Below, piece after piece: positions 26,831 through 37,136 of a stretch of DNA of 64,000 bases; position 1 is the first letter of the stretch; each line of letters opens with the position of its first letter. A program made the translations under genes and the position numbers. Source of the stretch: Patescibacteria group bacterium (GTDB lineage: Bacteria; Patescibacteriota; Microgenomatia; UBA1400; PJMF01); contig JBMORQ010000027.1 in the NCBI GenBank assembly GCA_049322575.1, positions 9,092-73,091 of the forward strand, read 5' to 3'. The notes beneath the pieces were generated by a model. The model saw nothing but the letters and a program-made list of their open reading frames with translations. It did no database searches and had not been told where the DNA came from.

Positions 26831-27538
26831 TCAAACCTCAAAAAATTTCCCGTCATAATTTAAAAAGCGACCATTGAGTTCCTCGCGCCAGTTTTGGCTA
26901 ATGCCAATGATGTATTTTGCCTGATCGAAAGGTGTTTGTTGACCCTGCGGGTTCATGTCAGTTTTAACCATACCAGGATGGACAGCATAAATCTTGACAT
27001 TTGCGGGCAAGTCTCGTGTCAAACAATAAGTCATCATATTGAGTCCGGCTTTGCTGGCTCGATAGCCATAGTTGGCCGTGGAACCAGGCTCGTCCTTGAT
27101 CGACGAACGACACGACGAAATATTAATCACAAAAGCTGGCTCTGGGGTTAACAAGGGCAAAAATCCTTTAACCATCATGGCTGGCGCAACCGTATTAACG
27201 TTAAACATTTTTAAGAGCAGTTGACGATCCAACGAAGCTAAGTCGCAAACCATTTTTTTGTTGCCGTTGGTGGCTGTATCTTTGTTTAAACCGGCATTGT
27301 TAACCAAATAATCCAAATGGTCGGTAAGCGAGACAACCTCAGAAAAGGCTTGCTGAATCGAGGAATCATCGGTAACATCCAATTTAATTGCCACCAAATC
27401 GGGATGAGCCGATAGTTGCTGATCCAGTTTAGCAGGGTCGCGCACTCCAATAAAAACCTGAAAACCCTGTTGCAAAAAGTTTTCAGCAAAACCACGGCCC
27501 AAACCTCGACCGCCTCCGGTAATAAAAGCTGTTCTCAT
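26831..27538 (-). CDS. Short-chain dehydrogenase/reductase (CsgA/C-factor-like)
   Basis: TGGGRGLG, NNAG, YRASK, HPGMVKTDM. Confidence 0.9.
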   Translation of the reverse strand: MRTAFITGGGRGLGRGFAENFLQQGFQVFIGVRDPAKLDQQLSAHPDLVAIKLDVTDDSSIQQAFSEVVSLTDHLDYLVNNAGLNKDTATNGNKKMVCDLASLDRQLLLKMFNVNTVAPAMMVKGFLPLLTPEPAFVINISSCRSSIKDEPGSTANYGYRASKAGLNMMTYCLTRDLPANVKIYAVHPGMVKTDMNPQGQQTPFDQAKYIIGISQNWREELNGRFLNYDGKFFEV

Positions 27539-27693
27539 TTTTTCCTTTAACTAGACTTGTTGTGAAATACCATTTATATTAAAAATCATTCGAGTGCAAG
27601 TCAGAATTGATCTAATTAGCAGTTTAGCGTAAAAATGTTGATATAATCAAATTGAAAAATTTATAAAACAAAAAACTAATTACCAAGGAAAAT

Positions 27694-27996
27694 ATGGATA
27701 AAGAAACTTCAATTAATCACGCAACAATCGAAAAAACTGATAATCAAACTGTCATCGACTTGTCAGACCAAGACATCATTATTGGCAGAGAAGGTGTTTT
27801 TTTTGGCAAAAAGATAATCGACAAAGAAATAGTCAGAACTCTTATCCTAAAAGCACTTGAAGCTGCTAAGAACGGCGTGCACCTACCTATGGACGAAAAA
27901 GGTAATCATATCCTAATAATTGATAACGTTACGTACATTGGAATCGGATATAGAGACTGGCACACCTTAGTAGATTTCGCCAATGAGAACAGCTAA
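27694..27996 (+). CDS. Hypothetical protein
   Basis: 100 aa ORF with AAGGA Shine-Dalgarno and TGATATAAT upstream; ends 2 bp before the next gene. Confidence 0.6.
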   Translation: MDKETSINHATIEKTDNQTVIDLSDQDIIIGREGVFFGKKIIDKEIVRTLILKALEAAKNGVHLPMDEKGNHILIIDNVTYIGIGYRDWHTLVDFANENS

Positions 27997-27998
27997 AT

Positions 27999-28700
27999 AT
28001 GCCCAAACAACTCCAAATTATTATTGCCACTACCTTAATACTAATTGTCGGAGCAGCCATTATCACCAAACTAAATCCTCGGCCCATCTCTCTTAAATCA
28101 CCCAATCCAAACCTTGTTCAAAATACAAATAACCAAGTAAAGGAACCAATGACAGACTCGTTACAAAATCCTACCGCTCGACCATCTCAAAAAGCAGGTC
28201 CTCCGGCGATGCAGATTGATCAGAGCAAAAAATACTCAGCGGTGTTAGAAACCTCGGCCGGTACAATAGTGATCAGCCTTAATGCAGCTCAGACTCCGAT
28301 TACCGTCAATAATTTTGTGTCTTTGGCCCGCGAGGGTTTTTATGACAACACAATCTTTCATCGAACCATCAAAGATTTTATGATTCAGGGTGGTGATCCA
28401 CAGGGCAATGGAACTGGCGGCCCCGGGTATCGCTTCAACGACGAGCCTTTCCAGGGGGAATACACCAGAGGTACAGTCGCCATGGCCAACGCCGGTCCCA
28501 ACACCAATGGTAGTCAATTCTTCATTATGCATGCCGATTATGCTTTGCCCAAAAATTACGTAATTTTTGGCAAGGTGGAGAAGGGTTTGGAAACGGTTGA
28601 TACTATCGCCAACGCTCCAGTTGTGCGAGGTGCTTCTGGTGAATTATCAAAACCGGCCCAAGCCGTGACTGTCAAAAGTGTTACAATTGTAGAAGAATAG
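27999..28700 (+). CDS. Cyclophilin-type peptidyl-prolyl isomerase with N-terminal membrane anchor
   Basis: FHRTIKDFMIQGGDP.G.GTGGPGY, MANAGPNTNGSQFFI, IFGKV. Confidence 0.94.
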   Translation: MPKQLQIIIATTLILIVGAAIITKLNPRPISLKSPNPNLVQNTNNQVKEPMTDSLQNPTARPSQKAGPPAMQIDQSKKYSAVLETSAGTIVISLNAAQTPITVNNFVSLAREGFYDNTIFHRTIKDFMIQGGDPQGNGTGGPGYRFNDEPFQGEYTRGTVAMANAGPNTNGSQFFIMHADYALPKNYVIFGKVEKGLETVDTIANAPVVRGASGELSKPAQAVTVKSVTIVEE

Positions 28701-28735
28701 ATTTTGGTCACAAAATAGACTTCAAAACGAGAAAC

Positions 28736-28773
28736 AAAAAAGGCTGGTCTGATTTACATCAGCCAGCCTTTTT
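28736..28773. terminator. Bidirectional intrinsic terminator
   Basis: AAAAAGGCTGG.CTGAT-TTAC-ATCAG-CCAGCCTTTTT between convergent genes. Confidence 0.8.
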
Positions 28774-28789
28774 ACTATCTAAAAATATT

Positions 28790-29068
28790 TTATTTTTTGC
28801 TCTGAGTTTTTTTCTTAAGTTTAGCTGCTACTTTTTTTGCTTTGACAGTAGCTTTTTTGGCAACTTTCTTGGCCTCAACTTGTGCTTTCTTCATTGCCTT
28901 TTTAGGATTTTTTTTGATCTCAGTGCCAACTTTCTTAGCCTTTTTTGCAGCAGCTACTGCAACTTTTTTGGTTTTGTCACGATTTTCCTTTTTGGAAAGG
29001 AATAGCGCAGCAGCACCAGCTGCCAACCCAACCACAAATGATAATAATCCCGATGATTTTTTTGCCAT
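28790..29068 (-). CDS. YtxH-like protein with Lys/Ala-rich tail
   Basis: FVVGLAAGAAALFL..K.NR motif followed by AKK repeats; GGAGG Shine-Dalgarno. Confidence 0.7.
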   Translation of the reverse strand: MAKKSSGLLSFVVGLAAGAAALFLSKKENRDKTKKVAVAAAKKAKKVGTEIKKNPKKAMKKAQVEAKKVAKKATVKAKKVAAKLKKKTQSKK

Positions 29069-29150
29069 AAAAAAGCCCTCCTATTCTTTCTAGATAATAG
29101 TATCTAGATTTTTTGGAGGGCTGTCAAGTCAGTGCTTAATTTGAAGCGAT

Positions 29151-30560
29151 TTATTTTATCTTCACCACAGACATGGTGTTAGTTAAACCCGGCTCTGCCC
29201 AATACTTCCCTAAAACAACAATCACAGTCTGTCCAGATTCAACAATTCCTTTTTCTTTCAAAAGATTAATCATTTTGTCATTCAGTACTAAGTCACAACC
29301 TTTTTTCAGGTCCAACATAAAAGGATCAACACCATACATCAACGACATGGAACCATAAGCCTTAAGATTGCTAGTGACTCCTTTAATCTTAACTCTGGGA
29401 CGGAAACGACTTAGCAAACGAGCCGTCTTACCAGTTTCACTTAAACACACCACTGAAGCAATTTCTTCGGCACGGTGTTTTAGCATATATGCCACCGCAT
29501 GCGTGATACTGGCTGAGTCGCTATCATCTGACCAATCCTCAATATCTGATTCAATGTACTGTTCGTTAAAAGCAGCAATTTTCGCCTGGGTGGCAACTGC
29601 GCGGACAGGGTATTTACCGATAGTGGTTTCTTCCGAAAGCATAACTGCGCTAGTATTATCATAAATGGCGTTAGCAATGTCTGTGACTTCGGCACGTGTT
29701 GGGCGTGGACTCTCAACCATCGATTTAAGCATCTGAGTTGCTGTAATAACCGGCTTACCAGCGAAACGACACTTTGTGATTATCAGTTTCTGCCAGAAGG
29801 CCAACTGTTCAAAAGGCACCTCCACTGCCAAATCACCACGTGCTACCATAACGGCATCACTTGCCGCGATAATCTCGTCGAGATTATCAATAGCTGCTTG
29901 ATTTTCAATTTTTGCAACTACCTGCGCATTGATACCACGCTTTTTTAGTTCACCTCGCAAAATCTCGATATCTTTACTGTCCCGAACAAATGAAAGACCA
30001 ACAAAATCGATCGCATCACCCTCGGCACCATCGAGTTGAGCCAAGTCAGCGGGAATGATCGAAGGCATATCAATAGTAATACCTGGTGTATTCATGGTTT
30101 TGCGGTGTTTAACACAAAAGTCACTCAAGGCTTTGGCCACAAAATGATCTTTGCTTTTTTCAATGATTTCAAATTCACAGGCACCATCGTCAAGTAGAAT
30201 GAAGTTGCCAACTTGAAGGGTCTCGACAACGTTTTGTGGAATCAAAACCATTTTGTCGTCACTCCGAGAATCGTCGAAGGTAAAAATGGCAACATCATCC
30301 TTTTTCATATCGAAAGCCTGTTCTCCAGGAAGATTGATACGAATTTCAGGACCTTGTAGATCAAGCAAAACACCAATAGAAACACCCATTTCTTTCGCAA
30401 CCTTTTTGATACGATGAATTCTTTCTTGGTGCCATTCTGGAGTACCATGCTTGGTGTTGAAACGAGCCACATTCATGCCCGCCTCGATCAACTCTTTCAT
30501 GATTTCTTCAGTTTCCGTTGCTGGACCAATGGTTGCAACAATTTTTGTGAATTTCTGCAT
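29151..30560 (-). CDS. pyk: Pyruvate kinase
   Basis: TKIVATIGPA, LDLQGPEIR, AKIEN, VMVARGDL, ATQML, PTRAE..D.ANA, MLSEET; start MQKF at 30560. Confidence 0.96.
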   Translation of the reverse strand: MQKFTKIVATIGPATETEEIMKELIEAGMNVARFNTKHGTPEWHQERIHRIKKVAKEMGVSIGVLLDLQGPEIRINLPGEQAFDMKKDDVAIFTFDDSRSDDKMVLIPQNVVETLQVGNFILLDDGACEFEIIEKSKDHFVAKALSDFCVKHRKTMNTPGITIDMPSIIPADLAQLDGAEGDAIDFVGLSFVRDSKDIEILRGELKKRGINAQVVAKIENQAAIDNLDEIIAASDAVMVARGDLAVEVPFEQLAFWQKLIITKCRFAGKPVITATQMLKSMVESPRPTRAEVTDIANAIYDNTSAVMLSEETTIGKYPVRAVATQAKIAAFNEQYIESDIEDWSDDSDSASITHAVAYMLKHRAEEIASVVCLSETGKTARLLSRFRPRVKIKGVTSNLKAYGSMSLMYGVDPFMLDLKKGCDLVLNDKMINLLKEKGIVESGQTVIVVLGKYWAEPGLTNTMSVVKIK

Positions 30561-30715
30561 TCTTCCCTTCAGTTTTTGCACCTCGATGCAAATTACATAT
30601 TATCCGAAAGCTAAATTGTAACTCAAAGCCAACTATTTTTATATAGAACAATTAACTACCCACCCAAAACAGTTCCAATTGAATTCCTGTGGAATAGGAT
30701 TATGTAGTTAAAAGC

Positions 30716-32146
30716 TCATTTTTTTAAAAGAATGATTTGTAGTTTTTCTGTGCAGTGGTATTCCTCCCCAACCGAGGATTGCCCAAAAAGAGTCAACTCA
30801 TTGTAAGCAGTTTTGCCATGTTCATATTTTGAGTCATCCACCACCACCGCCATTTGTCGGCTTTGATCTTGATTGTCCTCAATATTCAACACTTTACAAC
30901 CGGCCTCACGCATTAAGAAACGATGCTCAGGGGCATTGTGGTAGGGGAGAATACCAGATTGCATGCTGACATACAGTGGTTGCCGGTTTTTGTCACAAAA
31001 ATCCCGATAACAAGTTTGCATATCAGCCACTGTGCGACGAGCTGGCAAAAAATATCGTTTAGTAAAAATCGGCAAAAGCCACAAAAGCGACAAAAGTGCA
31101 ACAAATAGCACAAGCTGCAACGGCAGCAAAGCCATAGTCATAATTAATAGACTCATCAAGCCAAAAATATAGTGTGATTCAATATTGAAAGGCAAAATAA
31201 AAGTTAAGACAAAGCAAATTAATGAAGCCAATGACAGAGAAAGTAAAGACCTGAATTGAGCGTGTTGTTTCCTTTTCCAATAAATCTGCAATCCAACAAC
31301 GATTAAAGCCATTAGCAACAAAGAAATTACCACCCCGACCCAACCTTTATAACCGACCAAATATCCCTCCAATGTCATCATTTTTCCCCAGAAACCAATG
31401 TCTACTTGCATAAGCGTTTGTCCCTCAATTAGCAACTTGGTTAAAACAAATTTATGTCTAAGCTCAAAAAATATAGTTGGCAAATTTAGCAACAAACCCG
31501 CCACTGAAGTTGCCACAACAACCAACCAGGTTTTTTTGCGCCAAAAAAACATCCCGACTAAAAAGAGCGACGCAACTGCCGGCAAAGCAGAATAATTAAA
31601 AGAAATAGCCGCTGCAACTCCCAGAGAGAAAGCCGTCAAATTTTTCCAATTCAACTGATGCCTCATCTCCAAAAAGGCAAAGCTAGCGATAATCATAAAT
31701 AGCAAGACAAAAGATGGATTCCAAACAAATCGATGTTGAATAATTGCTTGCGGTTGAAGAGTAACCAGCAATCCAACCAACCACAAACTCACCAACTTAG
31801 TCTTATCATTTCTATAAATCCAAATGCCAAAAAGAAAGGCGAGCAAATAACAAAAAATCACAGTGTAAATTGAAGAAAAAGCCGAATGATTTGTTAACAA
31901 GAAAGCTGGAAACAGCAGATAAAAATAAAAAGCACTTTGATTGAAGGAAAAAGCGCTGGTTTGTGGTCCAAGTAAAGGTGGCTTGCCAGATTCGTACCAA
32001 TCTAACAAGACCGAGAAATCTCGGCCCATGTCGTTGAAGAAGAGTAGGGAGGTATGAATGCTATAAAGGCGAAAAACAAGGAAAACTGCAATAGGTAATA
32101 CGAATAGTAGTAATTTCCAATTATTGACGACTAATCTCATAACCAT
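30716..32146 (-). CDS. GT-C (ArnT/PMT-like) integral membrane glycosyltransferase
   Basis: RLY....F.NDMGRD, PPLLGP, WNPS motifs; many TM helices. Confidence 0.7.
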   Translation of the reverse strand: MVMRLVVNNWKLLLFVLPIAVFLVFRLYSIHTSLLFFNDMGRDFSVLLDWYESGKPPLLGPQTSAFSFNQSAFYFYLLFPAFLLTNHSAFSSIYTVIFCYLLAFLFGIWIYRNDKTKLVSLWLVGLLVTLQPQAIIQHRFVWNPSFVLLFMIIASFAFLEMRHQLNWKNLTAFSLGVAAAISFNYSALPAVASLFLVGMFFWRKKTWLVVVATSVAGLLLNLPTIFFELRHKFVLTKLLIEGQTLMQVDIGFWGKMMTLEGYLVGYKGWVGVVISLLLMALIVVGLQIYWKRKQHAQFRSLLSLSLASLICFVLTFILPFNIESHYIFGLMSLLIMTMALLPLQLVLFVALLSLLWLLPIFTKRYFLPARRTVADMQTCYRDFCDKNRQPLYVSMQSGILPYHNAPEHRFLMREAGCKVLNIEDNQDQSRQMAVVVDDSKYEHGKTAYNELTLFGQSSVGEEYHCTEKLQIILLKK

Positions 32147-32210
32147 AAATTATATCCGGGATCCAAACCAACTGCTAGCCTTTGGTCAACTCATATGAAA
32201 CAATAAACTC

Positions 32211-33509
32211 GTGAGAACTATTGCGCAAAGAATTCTAAAATCAGAGGGACTAATACAATCTGCACAGATGGTCGTGGGTAACAACCTAGCAACCTTAATA
32301 TCTGCTGTTGCGCTCATCATGATTTCTCGTCTACTTGGACCAAGCATGTTTGGCGAATTTAGCGTGGGAATTTCTATAGCCATGATTTGGACAAGGTTTG
32401 TCGACTTGGGGATATCGACTGCCTTAATAAAACGAGCTTCTGAATCAACTGATCAGAAAAGAGTTAATGACTTATTTTCATTTACTATCAAAACCAAAAT
32501 GATAACTGCTGTGATCATGACGCTCATTGGCTTATTTGTTGTTAACCAAATAATGAACTTGATTGAGATAGGTGAAGAAAAAATTGTATATATGGGGATA
32601 ATTCTCAGTCTTGCTACGGTTGCCTATGACCAGTTAATTGTGATGCTCCAATCTCTAGGAAGGTTTTCGCAAGCAATTGTTGTCAATTTCTTTCAAGCAT
32701 CTCTCAAGCTCGCATCAGTTGCGGTTTTCTTTTTCACAAATATCTCCAATCCATTTCTGATCTTTTTGGTCTTCGCCGGCATACCCATCGTGCCAACTTT
32801 GTTCTCAAAAATGTTTATTCCCTCGTGGATAAAAATTGATTTATCAATACAAAATAAAGAAGTGAGCAAATTGATAATTTCTCTTGTTAAACACACCTCC
32901 ATTGGCATAATAGCTCTGGCTTTAATCGAGAATGTCAGTATCATTTTTGTGCGTGGTTTTATGGACGCCTATGATGCCGGCCTATTGGCTGGCGTAAGCC
33001 GTATCTCTACTTTTCTGCTTTTAGTGGCTGGCTCCCTAGGAAATGTCTTATTCGTGAGAGTGGCTAAATATAAAACAAAACAACACATTCTAGCCTATAC
33101 AAAAAAGGCCACGTTGTTTACGTTCCTAATATTAGTGTCTTTCATCACTTTTATCCCGTTCAGCAAGTTAATGATTCTTTATACTATTGGACCAGAATAC
33201 CTTAGTGGCAACCCGATTTTATTAATCTTAGCTGGGGCTTCTTTTATCAGCATCGCCACAGTACCACTATCAGCACTTTTTTATAGTTTCGAAAAGCCAA
33301 CGTTCTTCTCAGTTACGGGAGTAATCCAAGCTATTATCATCATTGGGGGAAACTGGATGTTTGTGCCTCAATATGGCCTGGTTGCTTCAGCCCTTGCAAC
33401 TCTCACCTCCCGCGTTGTAATGTTCTTTATGATCTCAATTTGGGGACTATCATTAGTCCGTCAAAAGTTTCTCTCTAAAAAACCGATCAAAAACCACCTA
33501 GCGCCTTAA
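32211..33509 (+). CDS. Wzx-type polysaccharide flippase
   Basis: SRLLGPSMFGEF, DLGIS, ~12 TM helices, VPQYGLVASA. Confidence 0.85.
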   Translation: MRTIAQRILKSEGLIQSAQMVVGNNLATLISAVALIMISRLLGPSMFGEFSVGISIAMIWTRFVDLGISTALIKRASESTDQKRVNDLFSFTIKTKMITAVIMTLIGLFVVNQIMNLIEIGEEKIVYMGIILSLATVAYDQLIVMLQSLGRFSQAIVVNFFQASLKLASVAVFFFTNISNPFLIFLVFAGIPIVPTLFSKMFIPSWIKIDLSIQNKEVSKLIISLVKHTSIGIIALALIENVSIIFVRGFMDAYDAGLLAGVSRISTFLLLVAGSLGNVLFVRVAKYKTKQHILAYTKKATLFTFLILVSFITFIPFSKLMILYTIGPEYLSGNPILLILAGASFISIATVPLSALFYSFEKPTFFSVTGVIQAIIIIGGNWMFVPQYGLVASALATLTSRVVMFFMISIWGLSLVRQKFLSKKPIKNHLAP

Positions 33510-34341
33510 AGATTCCCGAAATATTTCTCATTCTTTCGATACAAATCGCTGGAAAATTCCGGATGATTTTTTTCCATCCCCAATTTCTGATGATTACTAA
33601 ACACCAGTTTTTAAAATCAAGCCAGCGTTTTTTGACCGATTCAATATTCATTGTTTGATGTCCTAAGTGAATTACTTCGACAGTCGGATCAACAATGTTT
33701 ATAAAACCAGCTTTTCTCAGACGGAGAGATAAGTCAACGTCTTCAAGATAACTTGTAAATAACTCAGCAAACAAGCCAACTTTTGACAAGGCATAGCGAG
33801 AATAAATAACACAAGCACCGTTAGTTGCATCAACTTCAACAGCTGTAGATGGTTTTTGAGTGATACATCTAGCTTTTCCTTTGTCCTCGATTTTGATACC
33901 AGCGGATTCTATAGTACCGTTTAGATCCACTATTAGTGGATTAATTGAACCAACTTTTCTAGGATCTTTATTCTTTGTTAAGTCTACTGACCAACCACTT
34001 TTTAAAATAACATCATCATTGACCGTACCGACCCACTCCCCAGAGCTTAAACGAAAACCTGTGTTAACAGTATCTGCAAAGCCCTTGTTTTGCTTGATCG
34101 GCACAAAACGTACCGAGGGATACTTGCATCGATATTCTTTTAGAGACTCATTGGTAACAGAGCTAGATACAATTATCAGTTCAGTTTTTTCTGATATTAA
34201 GTCAATGTTGTTAATTAAAAACTGATCGAGCAGGTGTTTGTGAAGGTTGGGGACGGTTATACTAATGATTTTTGATACAACTACCTCATCAATGGAAGAG
34301 TGTCGTCTCATATTATCTTCCAAGTCCTGAGTTTTTTGCAT
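33487..34341 (-). CDS. GT2 glycosyltransferase (start uncertain)
   Basis: NKGFA..VN.G, VNDD, GAC, YLEDVDLSLR, VIH. Confidence 0.85.
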   Translation of the reverse strand: MQKTQDLEDNMRRHSSIDEVVVSKIISITVPNLHKHLLDQFLINNIDLISEKTELIIVSSSVTNESLKEYRCKYPSVRFVPIKQNKGFADTVNTGFRLSSGEWVGTVNDDVILKSGWSVDLTKNKDPRKVGSINPLIVDLNGTIESAGIKIEDKGKARCITQKPSTAVEVDATNGACVIYSRYALSKVGLFAELFTSYLEDVDLSLRLRKAGFINIVDPTVEVIHLGHQTMNIESVKKRWLDFKNWCLVIIRNWGWKKIIRNFPAICIERMRNISGIFKALGGF

Positions 34342-34347
34342 AACAAT

Positions 34348-35637
34348 TCATTTAACAAAACGTTTCATGAAGTTGTCCAACAGATGACTAATACCTTTTT
34401 CAGGTGGAGTTTCATGCTGCAGGTTTGTTAGAAGCTCATAAGTTTTGTAACTTAAGTATCTAGCCTCATTTGCTGTCTGCTGTAAATTTGCGATCAGTCT
34501 CTCGTTTCTCTTAACACTAGCAATCGTTTCCACCCAACTAGAGTCATCTCGTGGTTCACTAATGCTATTCATCTTTGAACAAAAACAGTCCACTGCGTCG
34601 CCATCCAGATTGTAATAAACTTTTTTTGATACGACTTGCCAAGCCTGCTCATATTTTTTCTTGTCTGTTTTAATATCTGAAATCATTCCATTTAGCTCGC
34701 TAATGTTAGTGTCATCGATATGGACTGAAAGTTTAAAAACTTCATCGATTAATTTGTAAAATTGCAAATTTTTCTGATTGATTAGAAAGATGAGAGGTTT
34801 CTTAGTCAGCAGCGCCTCAAAAGTCATACTACTAACATCCAAGAAGAAGGCATCACTACCTCTTAATAGTTCCAGATTGTTGACACTACCCTCGAATGAT
34901 CCACCGTAAACAACAATATTCGATCTGGACTGGCTCAATTCTCGATATAAATCTACTATGTATTGAGGAGTGCTACCATGCAGTTTCACGATAAGTAAAA
35001 AGTCTGAATCGATATTTTTAGCAACTTCCAAACCAAGTGAGTCAACTGTTGTGTCACCAAAAAATGTCGGGAAATATGTAAAAACTTTTTTATATTTTCC
35101 TGGATAGAAAGATTTTATTTTGCGCTTGGCACTACTTACATCTTTGTCAGACGTATTAATAACATCATCGTTTTTTGTCTGACCGATTTGCCATAGTTTC
35201 CGGCTATCAACAGCCCGTTCGAGCAATAGTGACTCCTGATGTGGTCCGAGCGACGTAATGAAATCATAGCAGTTAAGCAAGGCGACTCTAGATGGTAAAA
35301 ACCAGCCAGTTTTCAAGCTTATACCATGAAACAACATAACCTTTTTCAGTGAGTAGAGAGCAGGAACAATATTATAAGACTCGAAAAAAAATATCCATCC
35401 GCTACGTCTGTTCAGAAAATCAATGGTCAAAGGAATATTGTGAGGCATGAACTCTGAGTTGTCGTCATCACCTACCAAACGATCCAACATCATGACTGGC
35501 AGTCCCACTTTCTTACACTCGCTATACACTTGTTCAGTCACCACCACGAAAGTGCCGCCTAATCTTCTATACAGCGGGAGTGCTTGCGATAAGTGGTGAA
35601 AAACATTACCTAAGAAAAAGTATATTTCCTCTTTCAT
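34348..35637 (-). CDS. CDP-glycerol/ribitol glycerophosphotransferase family (TagB/TagF-like)
   Basis: LFHGISLK, IGQTKND, YFPTF, VKLHG, SDAFFLDVSSM.FE. Confidence 0.78.
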   Translation of the reverse strand: MKEEIYFFLGNVFHHLSQALPLYRRLGGTFVVVTEQVYSECKKVGLPVMMLDRLVGDDDNSEFMPHNIPLTIDFLNRRSGWIFFFESYNIVPALYSLKKVMLFHGISLKTGWFLPSRVALLNCYDFITSLGPHQESLLLERAVDSRKLWQIGQTKNDDVINTSDKDVSSAKRKIKSFYPGKYKKVFTYFPTFFGDTTVDSLGLEVAKNIDSDFLLIVKLHGSTPQYIVDLYRELSQSRSNIVVYGGSFEGSVNNLELLRGSDAFFLDVSSMTFEALLTKKPLIFLINQKNLQFYKLIDEVFKLSVHIDDTNISELNGMISDIKTDKKKYEQAWQVVSKKVYYNLDGDAVDCFCSKMNSISEPRDDSSWVETIASVKRNERLIANLQQTANEARYLSYKTYELLTNLQHETPPEKGISHLLDNFMKRFVK

Positions 35638-36983
35638 TCTTTCCTTATATCAATAACTTGTCCAGTAACTTGAGAAAAAAGCACAGAAAGAGATTGCTCA
35701 GCAACAGTCTCGGCATCAAGCAATAGTTTCTTGTCCTCATTGGGAAAATTCTTTTGCCTCATCGGTGTGTCGGTCCTTGAAGGACAAATAATATTGACGT
35801 GAATATCGTCTTCATATAACTCATCAGCCAATGCTTGTACAAAGTTAACAAGAGCAGATTTTAAAGAGGAGTAAATTGCATATCCAGCGCGACCCCTAGT
35901 GTATGAGCTCGAGGAGAAAAACAATAAATGACCACCTCTGTTCAGGTAGTCGATGGCTGTCTTGGCTAGCATTATTGTTCCTGTGTAGTTGATGTTGACC
36001 TGTTCTCGAACTTCTTTTTCCTCCTGATCCTTAAAATTCTTATGTACCAAAATACCAGCGGTGATTATCACTGCATCAAACATACCCAATTTTTTGTGCA
36101 CACTCTCGAGAGCATGCTTAACTAATTGGCCATCACTAATATCGACACCATTTGATCTGGAAAAGCCACTCACTTTTGCTCCGTTTTCTTTACAAATATC
36201 ATAAATCGCCTTACCTATACCACTAGAATGACCGACAATAATAATTGTTTTATCCTGTAACAGTTCTTTACGTAAAGATCCAACATATGTTGATCGAAGC
36301 TGAAATATTTTGTCGGCAATGTGTATGTCTAAGGGGTAGGTGACCTTCATGTTCAAATCATCCCCCATTACGACATATACCTTCGATCCACAGTAACGAA
36401 TCACCAGGCCACAGTCATCCGTAACTGAGTAATCATTGTTTTCCTCAGCTAGCTGGTGAGCCTTCATAATTACGCGAAAAATGAAACCCTGTGGAGTTTG
36501 TCCCCTCATGTATGAAGAACGGTCAGGAATTTTTTCAATGTATCTATCCTTAACTTTTATCAGGGTATCGGCGGATGGAATTGCCACATCAACCGCTTCA
36601 TTGGCATCCAGGGCAGCGATCATTTCGTTGATGATTCTCTCAGATACGAAGGGCCTAACAGCATCATGTATCAGCACATAATCATCCGGAGATGCATTGA
36701 GAGATCTAAGAGCAATTTTTGATGACTCCTGGCGCGTAGACCCTCCAACCACAACTCTTATCCTTTGTAAGCCTTTTTCTCTGATGAATGACCTCACAAA
36801 ACCTTCATTCTCTGCATCGGTTACCAATACAACATCGTCGATCTGAGAGTGCCCAAGGAAAGCCTTAAGAGTGTGGAAAAATATTGGCTCTCCAGCCAGC
36901 TTGATGTACTGCTTGAAGGTTCCTTCTGACTTAAAACGTCCTCCTGATCCAGCCGAAAGTATTATTGCGTGAATTTTCATCAT
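35634..36983 (-). CDS. Bifunctional cytidylyltransferase/SDR reductase (Bcs1-like CDP-ribitol synthase)
   Basis: IspD/TarI domain (LSAGSGGRF, KQY, GGSTRQES, IHDAVRP, QTPQGF, TDDC, KVTYP.D) fused to SDR (GHSSGIG, SSSYTRGR, YSSLK). Confidence 0.88.
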   Translation of the reverse strand: MMKIHAIILSAGSGGRFKSEGTFKQYIKLAGEPIFFHTLKAFLGHSQIDDVVLVTDAENEGFVRSFIREKGLQRIRVVVGGSTRQESSKIALRSLNASPDDYVLIHDAVRPFVSERIINEMIAALDANEAVDVAIPSADTLIKVKDRYIEKIPDRSSYMRGQTPQGFIFRVIMKAHQLAEENNDYSVTDDCGLVIRYCGSKVYVVMGDDLNMKVTYPLDIHIADKIFQLRSTYVGSLRKELLQDKTIIIVGHSSGIGKAIYDICKENGAKVSGFSRSNGVDISDGQLVKHALESVHKKLGMFDAVIITAGILVHKNFKDQEEKEVREQVNINYTGTIMLAKTAIDYLNRGGHLLFFSSSSYTRGRAGYAIYSSLKSALVNFVQALADELYEDDIHVNIICPSRTDTPMRQKNFPNEDKKLLLDAETVAEQSLSVLFSQVTGQVIDIRKE

Positions 36984-37136
36984 TTTTTCAATTTTTAAAA
37001 CTAAATCATGGTAGCATATAGCAATCTCAAAACGAAATGACCTGTTTAGAGTCCAACAAAACAAATTAGAGGTTGCCAAATCAAGCTAACAATCTTTCAA
37101 CCAACTGCTAAGATTGCTTTTTTGATATATTAATCT

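Noticed and set aside
35634-36983. IspD call implying a MEP isoprenoid pathway
   Set aside because: Fusion to an SDR and position next to a TagF-like gene fit CDP-polyol synthesis better
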